From: an uncultured bacterium
GTDB taxonomy: Bacteria > Bacillota_I > Bacilli_A > RF39 > UBA660
Direction of reading: 5' to 3'
DNA length: 57,268 bases
Assembly (NCBI GenBank): GCA_949291575.1
Contig: CASEWH010000067.1
Location: 1-57,268, forward strand
The position numbers and the translations under genes are program-made. Shown here one piece after another: positions 35,297 to 43,557 of this stretch. The notes beneath the pieces were generated by a model. It worked only from the letters and a program-made list of their open reading frames with translations, was not told the origin of the DNA and made no database searches. The number at the start of each line of letters is the position of its first letter. Positions within the stretch are counted from its first letter, which is position 1.

Positions 35297-35917
35297 CTAT
35301 TCTCCTCTATCAAAATGCTCTCTTAACTTGCCATTTTTCATCCTTACATATTTAGTAACATTGTTTTTATAATTTATAACAAACCCCTCCACACTTCTGT
35401 TCACTTTATTACAATATTTTTCATAAATACTATCTAAATGTTCTTTAGTTGGTAAAATATTTAACTCTATTACTTCTGGTACTATCCCTAAACATTTCGG
35501 TAATTCTTGACTTTGAAATGGATATATAAACAAATTGTGGTCATAAATTAAATTATATAGATTAAAGTCATCATCAATATTTGCCTTTGCAAACATATAC
35601 CACCTTTTATCAAATTCATTAACGGCATATTTTAAACATCCCATTCCTAACCATTCTCCACATATAACACTACCTTCGTGTAAATCATTTAAAACTTCTT
35701 TATTATCATTTAACCATTGATATAATCCTTTGTATAGTTTATCTTTTACTTCTTCTAATTCACTAATTTTAAATATATTGTTTCTTTGAGCAAAATATAC
35801 TTCTCCATCCTTTTTAAAGAATACTAAATTACTTCCATCTAATTTTTCAGTAATATATACTTTATCTCCTGCACTACTAACTCTTTTAGTTTTAGGATAT
35901 ATTTCTTTTTTTATCAT
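35297..35917 (-). CDS. ATP-dependent RNA/DNA ligase-type nucleotidyltransferase (RNA-ligase-like, domain-only)
   Basis: 206 aa. Motif I ITEKLDGSN, motif III ICGEWLG, motif IV VEGFVINY, motif V RMKNGK. Confidence 0.7.
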   Translation of the reverse strand: MIKKEIYPKTKRVSSAGDKVYITEKLDGSNLVFFKKDGEVYFAQRNNIFKISELEEVKDKLYKGLYQWLNDNKEVLNDLHEGSVICGEWLGMGCLKYAVNEFDKRWYMFAKANIDDDFNLYNLIYDHNLFIYPFQSQELPKCLGIVPEVIELNILPTKEHLDSIYEKYCNKVNRSVEGFVINYKNNVTKYVRMKNGKLREHFDRGE

Positions 35918-35922
35918 ATTAT

Positions 35923-36195
35923 CTATTCTCCTTTATCTATATCTAACTTGCTGATTATATTTTCTGCTTGTTCTTCCCAACTAAATTCATGTGGTAATAA
36001 TTGTAAACATTCTTTTAATATTTTAATAGCTTCTTTTCTTGCTCTTTCACTAACTTCTAATTGCTCTTTTAATTCTTGTTTTTCTTTAATTAATTTTTCA
36101 ATATAAGCACCAATAGGTTTTGCTTCTTCGATAGGAACATTGTTTTTAAATAAAATAGACGATACCATTAACATATTTTTCTTTTCTTCAATCAT
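35923..36195 (-). CDS. Small coiled-coil protein (LKEQ family)
   Basis: 90 aa. KQELKEQLEV is shared with the two following genes. Confidence 0.55.
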   Translation of the reverse strand: MIEEKKNMLMVSSILFKNNVPIEEAKPIGAYIEKLIKEKQELKEQLEVSERARKEAIKILKECLQLLPHEFSWEEQAENIISKLDIDKGE

Positions 36196-36533
36196 TACTT
36201 ATCACTCCTTATTATTTCTTTATATTTAGATAATATTTCCTCACGCAATTCGTTTCTATCGTGATAAGACATATCATCTCCGTCTGCATATTTTCCCTCA
36301 AAATATTTGCATTTCTCTATTTCTTTATCTAAATAATCTATAAACTCTTTTTGTTGTTCTTTTAATTGTTGATTTTCTTCAACCAATCCCATTGTATTGT
36401 CATATTCTGCTTGACATAAACCAGCCTTATAACTTTCTTGTATCATTTCTAAAATTATTGGTATTAATTCATCATTTTCTGCTAAACCAGTTTTTTCTCT
36501 AATATATTTTATGTTCAAATCTTCTTCAGTCAT
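36195..36533 (-). CDS. Small coiled-coil protein (LKEQ family)
   Basis: 112 aa. ENQQLKEQQKE. Junction AAGGAGTGATAAGTAATG. Confidence 0.55.
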   Translation of the reverse strand: MTEEDLNIKYIREKTGLAENDELIPIILEMIQESYKAGLCQAEYDNTMGLVEENQQLKEQQKEFIDYLDKEIEKCKYFEGKYADGDDMSYHDRNELREEILSKYKEIIRSDK

Positions 36534-36539
36534 TACTCA

Positions 36540-36809
36540 TCACTCTTTTCTTAATTCTAAAAGCACTTCTTCAAAAGCACTTATTCTTCCTTTTAACCAA
36601 GTTTCACTTTCTTTTGGATTAGGAAATTTATCATTATCTTTATTTATTTGAAATTCGCAAAAAGTTTTAATATTGTTTAATTGCTCTTTTAGTTTTTGAT
36701 TTTCTTTTCTTAAACAAACTTCAGCAAGAATTAATCCTCTTATTTCAATATTTAATTCTTTAGGAAGTTCCTCTATTTTATCTAACAACTTTAGTTCTTC
36801 TTCAGTCAT
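36540..36809 (-). CDS. Small coiled-coil protein (LKEQ family)
   Basis: 89 aa. ENQKLKEQLNN. Same junction motif. Confidence 0.55.
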   Translation of the reverse strand: MTEEELKLLDKIEELPKELNIEIRGLILAEVCLRKENQKLKEQLNNIKTFCEFQINKDNDKFPNPKESETWLKGRISAFEEVLLELRKE

Positions 36810-36845
36810 TACTTATCACTCCTTTTTGTAAATAAATTTATTTAC

Positions 36846-37067
36846 TTACTTTGATATCATGATATCACTTATTTTTATTCCACAAGTTGGGCAATAATTT
36901 AAATCGTACGCCTTACTGGTATATTCTCCCTTTTGTTTGCCTTTAACTTTTCTTTCTCCTTTAAACCACCTATATTCACATATTTTTGCATATAATTTTG
37001 TATCACATATTTCATGTTCCAATAATTTCATATATTTAATAAATTCACAAGTCTTGCATTTTTTCAT
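36846..37067 (-). CDS. Zinc-ribbon protein
   Basis: 73 aa. CKTCEF...CPTCG four-Cys arrangement. Confidence 0.55.
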   Translation of the reverse strand: MKKCKTCEFIKYMKLLEHEICDTKLYAKICEYRWFKGERKVKGKQKGEYTSKAYDLNYCPTCGIKISDIMISK

Positions 37068-37073
37068 TATTCA

Positions 37074-37340
37074 TCACTTTCTTTTCCTAAAACACTTTGT
37101 AACTCTAGTTTCATCACTGTTAAGATAATTTATAAAATCTATGTATTCTTGTTCTTTCCCATAATAAACGAATACTGGGAACTCTATATTATCTTTGTAA
37201 TTGTGTTCTATTACTAATATTTTTTCTTTTGTCTGTTCCTCTAATATTAACCAATTTAGACAATATTCAGTTTCTTCCTTGGTGTATTCTCCTAAATCAT
37301 AAAGTCCAGCAGATCCAGTTACATATATCTTATATTTCAT
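37074..37340 (-). CDS. Hypothetical early protein
   Basis: 88 aa. Tightly packed in the operon. Confidence 0.5.
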   Translation of the reverse strand: MKYKIYVTGSAGLYDLGEYTKEETEYCLNWLILEEQTKEKILVIEHNYKDNIEFPVFVYYGKEQEYIDFINYLNSDETRVTKCFRKRK

Positions 37341-37542
37341 TTATCATGCATTCCTTAATTTCTCTTTTTTCACTTATTGGAATACTGCTACAATAATCAT
37401 CAATTAAATCTTCTTTTATTACCTCAATTATCCCACTTGTTAAAACCCCGTATATAAATACAACCATTACTACTCCTGCTAAAGTACATAGTACACTAAT
37501 TAGTGCTACTCTCCAGCTTTCCATTTGTTCTTTACTATCCAT
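37330..37542 (-). CDS. Small membrane protein
   Basis: 70 aa with one TM, VALISVLCTLAGVVMVVFIYGVL. Confidence 0.5.
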   Translation of the reverse strand: MDSKEQMESWRVALISVLCTLAGVVMVVFIYGVLTSGIIEVIKEDLIDDYCSSIPISEKREIKECMINEI

Positions 37543-37544
37543 TT

Positions 37545-37727
37545 TTACCTCCCACTTACAATTATATTTTTTATTTCTACATGGTAATCTCTTATGATAT
37601 TTTGTATGTTTCGTAAATCTTTTACAAGAATAGGCTTACGAATAATCAAAGTCTTAGTCCCCCAATTAAAGTACATATCATATTTTTTGTATCTTTCTAA
37701 GATAGAATTAATTCTTATTATTTTCAT
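37545..37727 (-). CDS. Hypothetical early protein
   Basis: 60 aa. Overlaps its neighbour by 4 nt. Confidence 0.45.
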   Translation of the reverse strand: MKIIRINSILERYKKYDMYFNWGTKTLIIRKPILVKDLRNIQNIIRDYHVEIKNIIVSGR

Positions 37728-37930
37728 TCTTCCTCCACAAAATAATCTCTTCTGATATAAACGAATTTATTTGTATTTTTATTTTTTATACATTTACTAA
37801 CCTTTTTCTTAGATTTAGATAAATAACTTTGAATACAGTCTATACTAGTCCCTAAATAGTTGGAAATTTCTTTATAATTATCAAACTGAGCTATTAATTC
37901 AAACTTCTCATTATATACCGATAAAGTCAT
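37724..37930 (-). CDS. Small HTH-like protein
   Basis: Start moved to MTLSVYNEKF after AGAAGGAGAAAA. YKEISNYLGTSIDCIQSYLSK resembles a NUMOD1 or sigma region-4 HTH. Confidence 0.5.
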   Translation of the reverse strand: MTLSVYNEKFELIAQFDNYKEISNYLGTSIDCIQSYLSKSKKKVSKCIKNKNTNKFVYIRRDYFVEEE

Positions 37931-38053
37931 TTTTCTCCTTCTAATCATTTGCAATATAACCTGATATTATATTGCATAAATCTAATTGCTATTTTCCCTT
38001 TATTCTATAAGTATTAAATCAATATTTTCTTCTTAAAATACTTTTGATATTTT

Positions 38054-38078
38054 TTGACTCGTTTTTTAATGGTATAAT
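38054..38078 (+). promoter_or_regulatory. Extended -10 promoter for the lone plus-strand early gene
   Basis: TGGTATAAT at 38070-38078. TTGACT at 38054-38059, but the spacer is only 13 nt. Confidence 0.4.
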
Positions 38079-38098
38079 TGACCTCGAAAGGAGTTATC

Positions 38099-38263
38099 AT
38101 GAACCAAAAATATACCAAAGAAAAGTTAGAACTAGAAGCCGATATTTTAGCAGGACAATTAATCAAATATCTATATTCTGCTAAAACAAAATCTCGACCA
38201 GAAGTCCTAAAAAAACAAATCAAAGAAGATATTTATAAGTTCTTATTAAATCTATTTAAATAA
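38099..38263 (+). CDS. Hypothetical 54-aa protein, opposite strand to the surrounding operon
   Basis: MNQKYTKEKLELEADILAGQL... RBS GAAAGGAG 6 nt upstream. Its 3' end converges on 38252-38536. Confidence 0.5.
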   Translation: MNQKYTKEKLELEADILAGQLIKYLYSAKTKSRPEVLKKQIKEDIYKFLLNLFK

Positions 38264-38536
38264 ATGATTAATACTTTTATATTTATCTTTTACTTCTTTC
38301 AAAGCAATGTCTATTTCAGAAAACAAGTTATCTAGTTCTTCTGATGTCATTGCTTTTTTTAAATTAAATGTAATATATGAAAGATTATTAATAACGTATT
38401 CTTTTTCATTATCCAATTCTAATTGAAATGTAATATCAACATCATCTAACTCTTTAGTTAGTGACATTAGTGGATTTCCCATATATTGAATCTTAAACCC
38501 ATTAGATTCTAACTCTTTAATTAATTCATTTTCCAT
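38252..38536 (-). CDS. Hypothetical early protein
   Basis: 94 aa. Operon packing. Confidence 0.5.
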   Translation of the reverse strand: MENELIKELESNGFKIQYMGNPLMSLTKELDDVDITFQLELDNEKEYVINNLSYITFNLKKAMTSEELDNLFSEIDIALKEVKDKYKSINHLFK

Positions 38537-38720
38537 TATTCCATGCTTCCTTTGCCATTTTATCTATCGTATAAGTCTCAACTATTGAAATCATTTCTAT
38601 TATTAAAAATAAAACTGAATTTAATAAACTATCAAAAAATATAGAATAAATCATAAAGCAAGTAATAACCATTGTGGTTGATAAAGAAATATACTTCATA
38701 ATACTTAAAAAATATTTCAT
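38526..38720 (-). CDS. Small membrane protein
   Basis: 64 aa with two hydrophobic segments. Confidence 0.45.
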   Translation of the reverse strand: MKYFLSIMKYISLSTTMVITCFMIYSIFFDSLLNSVLFLIIEMISIVETYTIDKMAKEAWNNGK

Positions 38721-38721
38721 G

Positions 38722-39033
38722 CTATTTATCCTCCTTCACTAATTTTGCTAATTCTTCTAGATCAACTACTCCACTTTTAAATAATTGCTCTATCCTTTGT
38801 AACTTATTTTCTCGTTTAGTTAAAAATTTATTTAATTCTTCCAATTTTGGACTATCTTTTACCGCTATAACTTTTGCATTAATATTATCTAAAATAATAT
38901 CTACTGTCTCAGAAGATATTCTCATAGCAAAAGTTTTTGATAATGTTACCCTTACTACTTCTTTTTTACCTTCATTTTCTATTAAATCAAAACTAGTTAC
39001 AAATAAATTTCCTATTTTTAAAATATAAGTCAT
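38722..39033 (-). CDS. Hypothetical early protein
   Basis: 103 aa. RBS GAAGGAGGAA. Confidence 0.55.
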   Translation of the reverse strand: MTYILKIGNLFVTSFDLIENEGKKEVVRVTLSKTFAMRISSETVDIILDNINAKVIAVKDSPKLEELNKFLTKRENKLQRIEQLFKSGVVDLEELAKLVKEDK

Positions 39034-39047
39034 TACTATTCCTCCTT

Positions 39048-39875
39048 CTAAAACTTAATATTTCTTATTTTTAACTCTTTTTCTTTGTTAGTTAACTTTG
39101 TATATATCCTAGTCGTTTCTAATGAATTATGACCAAGTATATCTGCTAAACCCGCTATATCATTTGGATAAGTCTCTAAATAACATCTAGCGAAATAATG
39201 TCTAAAAGCATGAGGGTGTACTGCATCTTTACTTATTCTTGCTCTTCCTGCCAATTTCTTTAATCTTCTCCAAATAGTAGAATCAGCATAAGCTTTACCA
39301 GTCTTAGGATTAAATATAATTAGTCCCTCTTTAATTTTTCTATCTCTACAATATTTTCTTATTTCCCTTAATAAATCTAACTTTACAGGTATTTCTCTTA
39401 CTTTACCTTTCTTTTTTATTTTCATAGTCTTATCTAAATCTTCAATTTTAAAAAAAGCTAACTCAGAAATACGAATACCTGTTTCTGCTAATATTCTTAA
39501 AATAATGTAATTATCATATTCTTCATACTTTTTAGTTGTTCTTAATAACCTATGATAATCAGATTTGCTTAAAGAGTATTCTAAAGAGAATTTCTTTTGT
39601 TGCTTTATGACTTTTACACATAAATCTTTTTTTCCAATAAAATTTAAAAACTTATTAATTACAACTAAATAGTTATTAGTTGTATTAGGCAAATATTCAT
39701 CTACTTGATCTAATTTCTCTTTAAACTCTATAACTGTTCTTTTAGTAAGCTCTTTATCTTTAGAAAATTCTATAAAAGCTTTTATGTTAGTTTTATACTT
39801 TTCAATTGTTTTTTCTGCTTTCTCATCTTCTTTTAAAAATAATTCAAACTCTTCTAACTTCGCTTCTAAATTCAT
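39048..39875 (-). CDS. XerC/XerD-size tyrosine recombinase (second recombinase of the prophage)
   Basis: 275 aa. ETGIRISEL, HPHAFRHYFA, LGHNSLETTRIYT catalytic R...HxxR...Y pattern. No arm-binding N-domain. Confidence 0.85.
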   Translation of the reverse strand: MNLEAKLEEFELFLKEDEKAEKTIEKYKTNIKAFIEFSKDKELTKRTVIEFKEKLDQVDEYLPNTTNNYLVVINKFLNFIGKKDLCVKVIKQQKKFSLEYSLSKSDYHRLLRTTKKYEEYDNYIILRILAETGIRISELAFFKIEDLDKTMKIKKKGKVREIPVKLDLLREIRKYCRDRKIKEGLIIFNPKTGKAYADSTIWRRLKKLAGRARISKDAVHPHAFRHYFARCYLETYPNDIAGLADILGHNSLETTRIYTKLTNKEKELKIRNIKF

Positions 39876-40013
39876 TATTTTCCCCTTTCATAAAATTTAA
39901 CAATGCCAAACTCAGTAAGAACAAACTCGCATTGCTAAAACAAAATAAAATACAAGAAGGGAGGCGATTAAAGATATTCAAGGAGTGTTATTATTCTTAC
40001 TTTTTTATAAAAA

Positions 40014-40262
40014 CTAGCCATTATATTTATCTAAAATTGCTTTTTCAATAGCTTTTCTTAATTCAGATACTATCGGATGCACATAATCGTGATAAGCTTC
40101 ATTCTTATCTTTATAACTTGGAAAAGCAATAAATAGTCTTTCTTTCCCTTCAATTAATCTAATATTATGAATTGCTAGACTATCATCTAAAATAATAGTT
40201 GCATATGCCTTTACAGCTCCGTTTTCTTCTACTTTCTTTAAATTTACATTTGTTACTTTCAT
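40014..40262 (-). CDS. SpoVG-family protein
   Basis: 82 aa. MKVTNVNLKKVEENGAVKAYATIILDDSLAIHNIRLIEGKERLFIAFPS closely follows the SpoVG pattern. Confidence 0.8.
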   Translation of the reverse strand: MKVTNVNLKKVEENGAVKAYATIILDDSLAIHNIRLIEGKERLFIAFPSYKDKNEAYHDYVHPIVSELRKAIEKAILDKYNG

Positions 40263-40774
40263 TATTTATTCTTCCTTTCTTCTCTTCTTAAATAATCTTT
40301 AACTTTCTTTTTACTTGATAATACTTTATTTTTTTCGTTAAGTTGAATAACTGATGTTTGTAATTTACTTTTCTCTATATTAACTTGGTTTAATTCTCCA
40401 TGTAGCTTAGTTTTGTCTTCTTCTAAAAGTCTAATTGTTTTACTTAGTTTCATATTACTCTCTTTTATCATTTCCCTATCAGCAGAAATTTCTTCTATTC
40501 TATTTTTTAACTTTTTATTCTCTTTTTTTAGCCCACCAATAGAACCATTAGCTTTTCTTAAATTATCTTTAAGCTGTTTTACTTTATTTAATAATTTTAA
40601 CTTTTCATTAGAAATAGTCTCAGATGCCTCTTGTATTGTTTCTTTTACTCTTCTTTCATTCATCAGCTCTTGTTGTTTTTTATCTAATCTTTTGCTTAAA
40701 TCAAAGACTCTACGTTCATATGTCTCCAATTCATCCATAATTGCTTCATACCTTTTTCTACTCAATAACTTCAT
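40262..40774 (-). CDS. Coiled-coil protein
   Basis: 170 aa, Lys/Glu-rich heptad-like sequence. Confidence 0.55.
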   Translation of the reverse strand: MKLLSRKRYEAIMDELETYERRVFDLSKRLDKKQQELMNERRVKETIQEASETISNEKLKLLNKVKQLKDNLRKANGSIGGLKKENKKLKNRIEEISADREMIKESNMKLSKTIRLLEEDKTKLHGELNQVNIEKSKLQTSVIQLNEKNKVLSSKKKVKDYLRREERKNK

Positions 40775-41037
40775 ATAATTTCAACCTCCTTATTATTTAG
40801 TTTTAAGAGCAAATTAGTTGCTAGTTCTTCCAGCTGTTTATTCTTAAGTTTTTCTTTTCTTAATTCTTCATGCAATTTTATATTTTCTAAAGCAGTATCA
40901 GTATTTGAAAATACTAATTTAACTAATTCTATAGGTAATCTTACAGAATTTTTAGTCATATAAACGTTATAAGTATTACCTGTTATTTCTTCTAACCTAC
41001 TAACCCTTTTTTCTAATTCTTTCAATTCTGTTTCCAC
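40771..41037 (-). CDS. Hypothetical protein
   Basis: 88 aa. Overlapping start and stop with its neighbours. Confidence 0.5.
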   Translation of the reverse strand: METELKELEKRVSRLEEITGNTYNVYMTKNSVRLPIELVKLVFSNTDTALENIKLHEELRKEKLKNKQLEELATNLLLKLNNKEVEII

Positions 41038-41040
41038 TTC

Positions 41041-42303
41041 TTATTCCTTTCTCCAATTATTTGGTTCATTATAAATTTTATTGGTTCCTTTAACATCAAA
41101 TCTTTGAGTTTGTTGATTATATTCAAGAGTAAGAATCCCAGTTTGACCATTTCTATTTTTGCCAATTATTACCTCTACTTCTTCAACTTTCATTTCAATT
41201 CCTTTGTAATAATTTTCATTATGGAGCATTAGAACTGTTGTAGCAGACTGCTCTAATTCTCCAGTTTCTTTAAGATCACTAATTTTAGGTCTCTTATCTT
41301 TTGTGTTTTCAGAATTTCTATTAATCTGAGCGACTAAAAAGATAGTACAGTCATAATCTAATGATATTTGTCTCAACTCTTTAACAATAGCAGTTGTCTT
41401 CTCATATAAAGATTTAGTCTTATCATTACTCCCTATTAATCCTACATAGTCAATAAATGCTAATGTATGCCCTTGTTTACTTTCTTCGATAATTCTCTTT
41501 CTAATGCTAGAAATAGTCTGACTTCTACTAATTACTTTAATGTTCTTATTAGCAATAGCTTTACTGCCTTTAATCAGTTGTTCTTTCTGATAATCAGTTG
41601 CAGGATTAACTTGATAACTAATTGGAATCTTTGTATTTATTCCAACTAATCTCTGGTATACTTGTTTATCACTCATTTCCATGTTGAATAAAATACAATT
41701 ATATCTATCTGCTAAATCTTCCATTAAATTCAATACGAATCCTGTCTTACCAATACCTGGTCTAGCTGAAACCACAACTAAATCATGTTCTTGTATGTTC
41801 GCATATTTAGATAATTTTTCAAATCTAAAATTAATCCCTTTATTTTTAGAATTTATTATCTTAAATACTTCTTCGCCAGTTAATTTATTAGCTGATGTTT
41901 TAATGCTTAAAGCTTCGTACTTATGAATAGACGTTAATAGTTCTTCCTGTGATATTTGATTATTTTTAAACTTGTCAATAGCACCTAAAATCAAATCATT
42001 TACATATCTTTCAAATAATAATTCCTGATAGTAATCAAACCTATTACCAAACGAGTTTGTCATAATATTAACCATTTTGGTAATTATTACTTCTTGATTA
42101 AATCTCTGATTAAATAAATGCTTATATTTCTCTCCTAAAGCTATTAAATCTATGTTTCTGATATCTTGATACTGTTGCTTTAAAAGCTTAACTATAAATC
42201 TATTTTCTTGATTTTTAAAACAGTCATCTGGAATAACTAATTTTGCAATATTTTCAGGATGTAATATCAAGCAACCTATTACTTCATCTTCTAAATCTAG
42301 CAT
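41041..42303 (-). CDS. Replicative DNA helicase (DnaB/DnaC-type)
   Basis: 420 aa. Walker A ARPGIGKTGFVLNL, FNMEMS, LVAQINR, IIGKNRNGQTG. Confidence 0.85.
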   Translation of the reverse strand: MLDLEDEVIGCLILHPENIAKLVIPDDCFKNQENRFIVKLLKQQYQDIRNIDLIALGEKYKHLFNQRFNQEVIITKMVNIMTNSFGNRFDYYQELLFERYVNDLILGAIDKFKNNQISQEELLTSIHKYEALSIKTSANKLTGEEVFKIINSKNKGINFRFEKLSKYANIQEHDLVVVSARPGIGKTGFVLNLMEDLADRYNCILFNMEMSDKQVYQRLVGINTKIPISYQVNPATDYQKEQLIKGSKAIANKNIKVISRSQTISSIRKRIIEESKQGHTLAFIDYVGLIGSNDKTKSLYEKTTAIVKELRQISLDYDCTIFLVAQINRNSENTKDKRPKISDLKETGELEQSATTVLMLHNENYYKGIEMKVEEVEVIIGKNRNGQTGILTLEYNQQTQRFDVKGTNKIYNEPNNWRKE

Positions 42304-42977
42304 TATTCTAGCCTCCGATAATGATATCCTTCATTATCTTCACTTTGTTGTTCTTTACGTTTCTTTAAGTGCTTTTTAATAGAATTAACATCTTTTAAAT
42401 TAGCTTTCTCCCACTCATAAAGAATTTTATCAGTATATTTAACATTATAAACTTGATTAAGAACTGTTTCTTTAATAGCCAGTTTTATGATTTCAGGATT
42501 ATATTCCCATGAATTAATAAATTCAACTTCAGATGAAGATAATGTTCTTCCAAATTCTTTTTCTGCAAATTCTAATACATTAACATTAGCATTAACATTA
42601 GCATTAACATTTACATTATCATTTACATTAGGTTTTTTATTTTTTAACCTATGGTTTTTATTTTCAAAACCACTGGTTTTTTTATAGTTTTCTTCTTCTG
42701 AAACTATAGTTTCTTCATAGTTATTAGATACGTTTTCATCATCCTTTTTAGATGGTCTTCCACCCTTTTTACCATCCTTTTTTCTCTTAGTGTTAGCATC
42801 TAATTGAGGCTTAACTAGCTTGAACATTCTTGTTAATTCTTTAGATAATTCATTAGGTGGTTTACCATCTAATGAATAGTTAATAATCGCCTCATAGAAA
42901 GCTAATCTATCTTTATCATCCATATCTTCAACCGAATCCCTGAAACTGTCATAAAAAACAAAACTATTTTGTACCAT
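42303..42977 (-). CDS. Phage replisome organiser / DnaD-domain protein
   Basis: N-terminal FVFYDSFRDSVEDMDDKDRLAFYEAIINYSL, C-terminal DnaD-like LSSSEVEFINSW. Contains a central NVNA repeat. Confidence 0.7.
   Translation of the reverse strand: MVQNSFVFYDSFRDSVEDMDDKDRLAFYEAIINYSLDGKPPNELSKELTRMFKLVKPQLDANTKRKKDGKKGGRPSKKDDENVSNNYEETIVSEEENYKKTSGFENKNHRLKNKKPNVNDNVNVNANVNANVNVLEFAEKEFGRTLSSSEVEFINSWEYNPEIIKLAIKETVLNQVYNVKYTDKILYEWEKANLKDVNSIKKHLKKRKEQQSEDNEGYHYRRLE
42578..42630. repeat. 12-nt tandem repeat inside the replisome-organiser gene
   Basis: (ATTAACATTAGC)n encoding NVNDNVNVNANVNANVNV. Confidence 0.8.
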
Positions 42978-42994
42978 AAGTCCTCCCTGCTCGA

Positions 42995-43252
42995 TTAATT
43001 TGCATTTATCTTACTTATCTTTTTTAGATAAGATATATTTATACGATAGTAATCAACTACCCTTTCCATTGGAACTAAATTATTAGGTAGTTCAAAACCT
43101 TCTTCTTTTATTTGCTTTCTCAGTTCATTAAAATCATCTCTTGCATATTGCATACACTTGCCACTAAGCTTTTGCATATCACTTCTTGTAGCCCAATGCT
43201 TATTTAATATTTCTAACATTTCAGAGGCATTAAGTTGTTTAAATTTAGACAT
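42995..43252 (-). CDS. Hypothetical early protein
   Basis: Start moved to MSKFKQLNASEM after AGAGGTGG. Confidence 0.55.
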   Translation of the reverse strand: MSKFKQLNASEMLEILNKHWATRSDMQKLSGKCMQYARDDFNELRKQIKEEGFELPNNLVPMERVVDYYRINISYLKKISKINAN

Positions 43253-43253
43253 A

Positions 43254-43454
43254 CTACTTACCACCTCTTAGCATATAGTTTCTAACTTCGTAATAACTAC
43301 AGATAGAGCCTTTATCTTGATCACACATATTTGCATACTTAATAAAGTCATCACTTTTATTAAATAATAAATGAGTTAAAATAAAGACAATAGAAATCAA
43401 AGCAATTACTACTATCAGAATCTTAACCCACTTTCTTAATCTTAATTTTTTCAT
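43254..43454 (-). CDS. Small membrane protein
   Basis: 66 aa. TM WVKILIVVIALISIVFILTHLLF. Confidence 0.5.
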   Translation of the reverse strand: MKKLRLRKWVKILIVVIALISIVFILTHLLFNKSDDFIKYANMCDQDKGSICSYYEVRNYMLRGGK

Positions 43455-43467
43455 AATATCAAATCCC

Positions 43468-43489
43468 TTCTTAGTCTTGACCGACTTTT
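43468..43489 (+). repeat. 22-bp element TTCTTAGTCTTGACCGACTTTT (left copy of a perfect inverted repeat)
   Basis: Exact reverse complement of 46273-46294. The core TGACCGACTT also occurs at 44531-44540 and 9340-9349. Confidence 0.85.
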
Positions 43490-43503
43490 ATATTTTTTTA
43501 TTG

Positions 43504-43532
43504 TTGATTTTATACTTTACCTCATTTACAAT
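43504..43532 (+). promoter_or_regulatory. Promoter of the DUF4145 gene
   Basis: TTGATT, 17-nt spacer, TACAAT. Confidence 0.5.
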
Positions 43533-43557
43533 AAATTAATTGAAAGGAGGTGTAAGT

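Noticed and set aside
38014-38223. 69-aa minus-strand ORF
   Set aside because: It overlaps the plus-strand ORF 38099-38263, which has a good RBS and promoter. The minus-strand frame has neither and its start lies in the intergenic promoter region.
40413-40778. 121-aa plus-strand ORF
   Set aside because: It is the mirror of the Lys/Glu-rich coiled-coil gene 40262-40774, so its Ser/Phe/Leu-rich product is a compositional artefact.
42578-42630. Short tandem repeat as a regulatory or CRISPR-like array
   Set aside because: The 12-nt period is in frame within the replisome-organiser gene (NVNA repeat). There is no spacer/repeat architecture. No CRISPR array was seen anywhere in the window.
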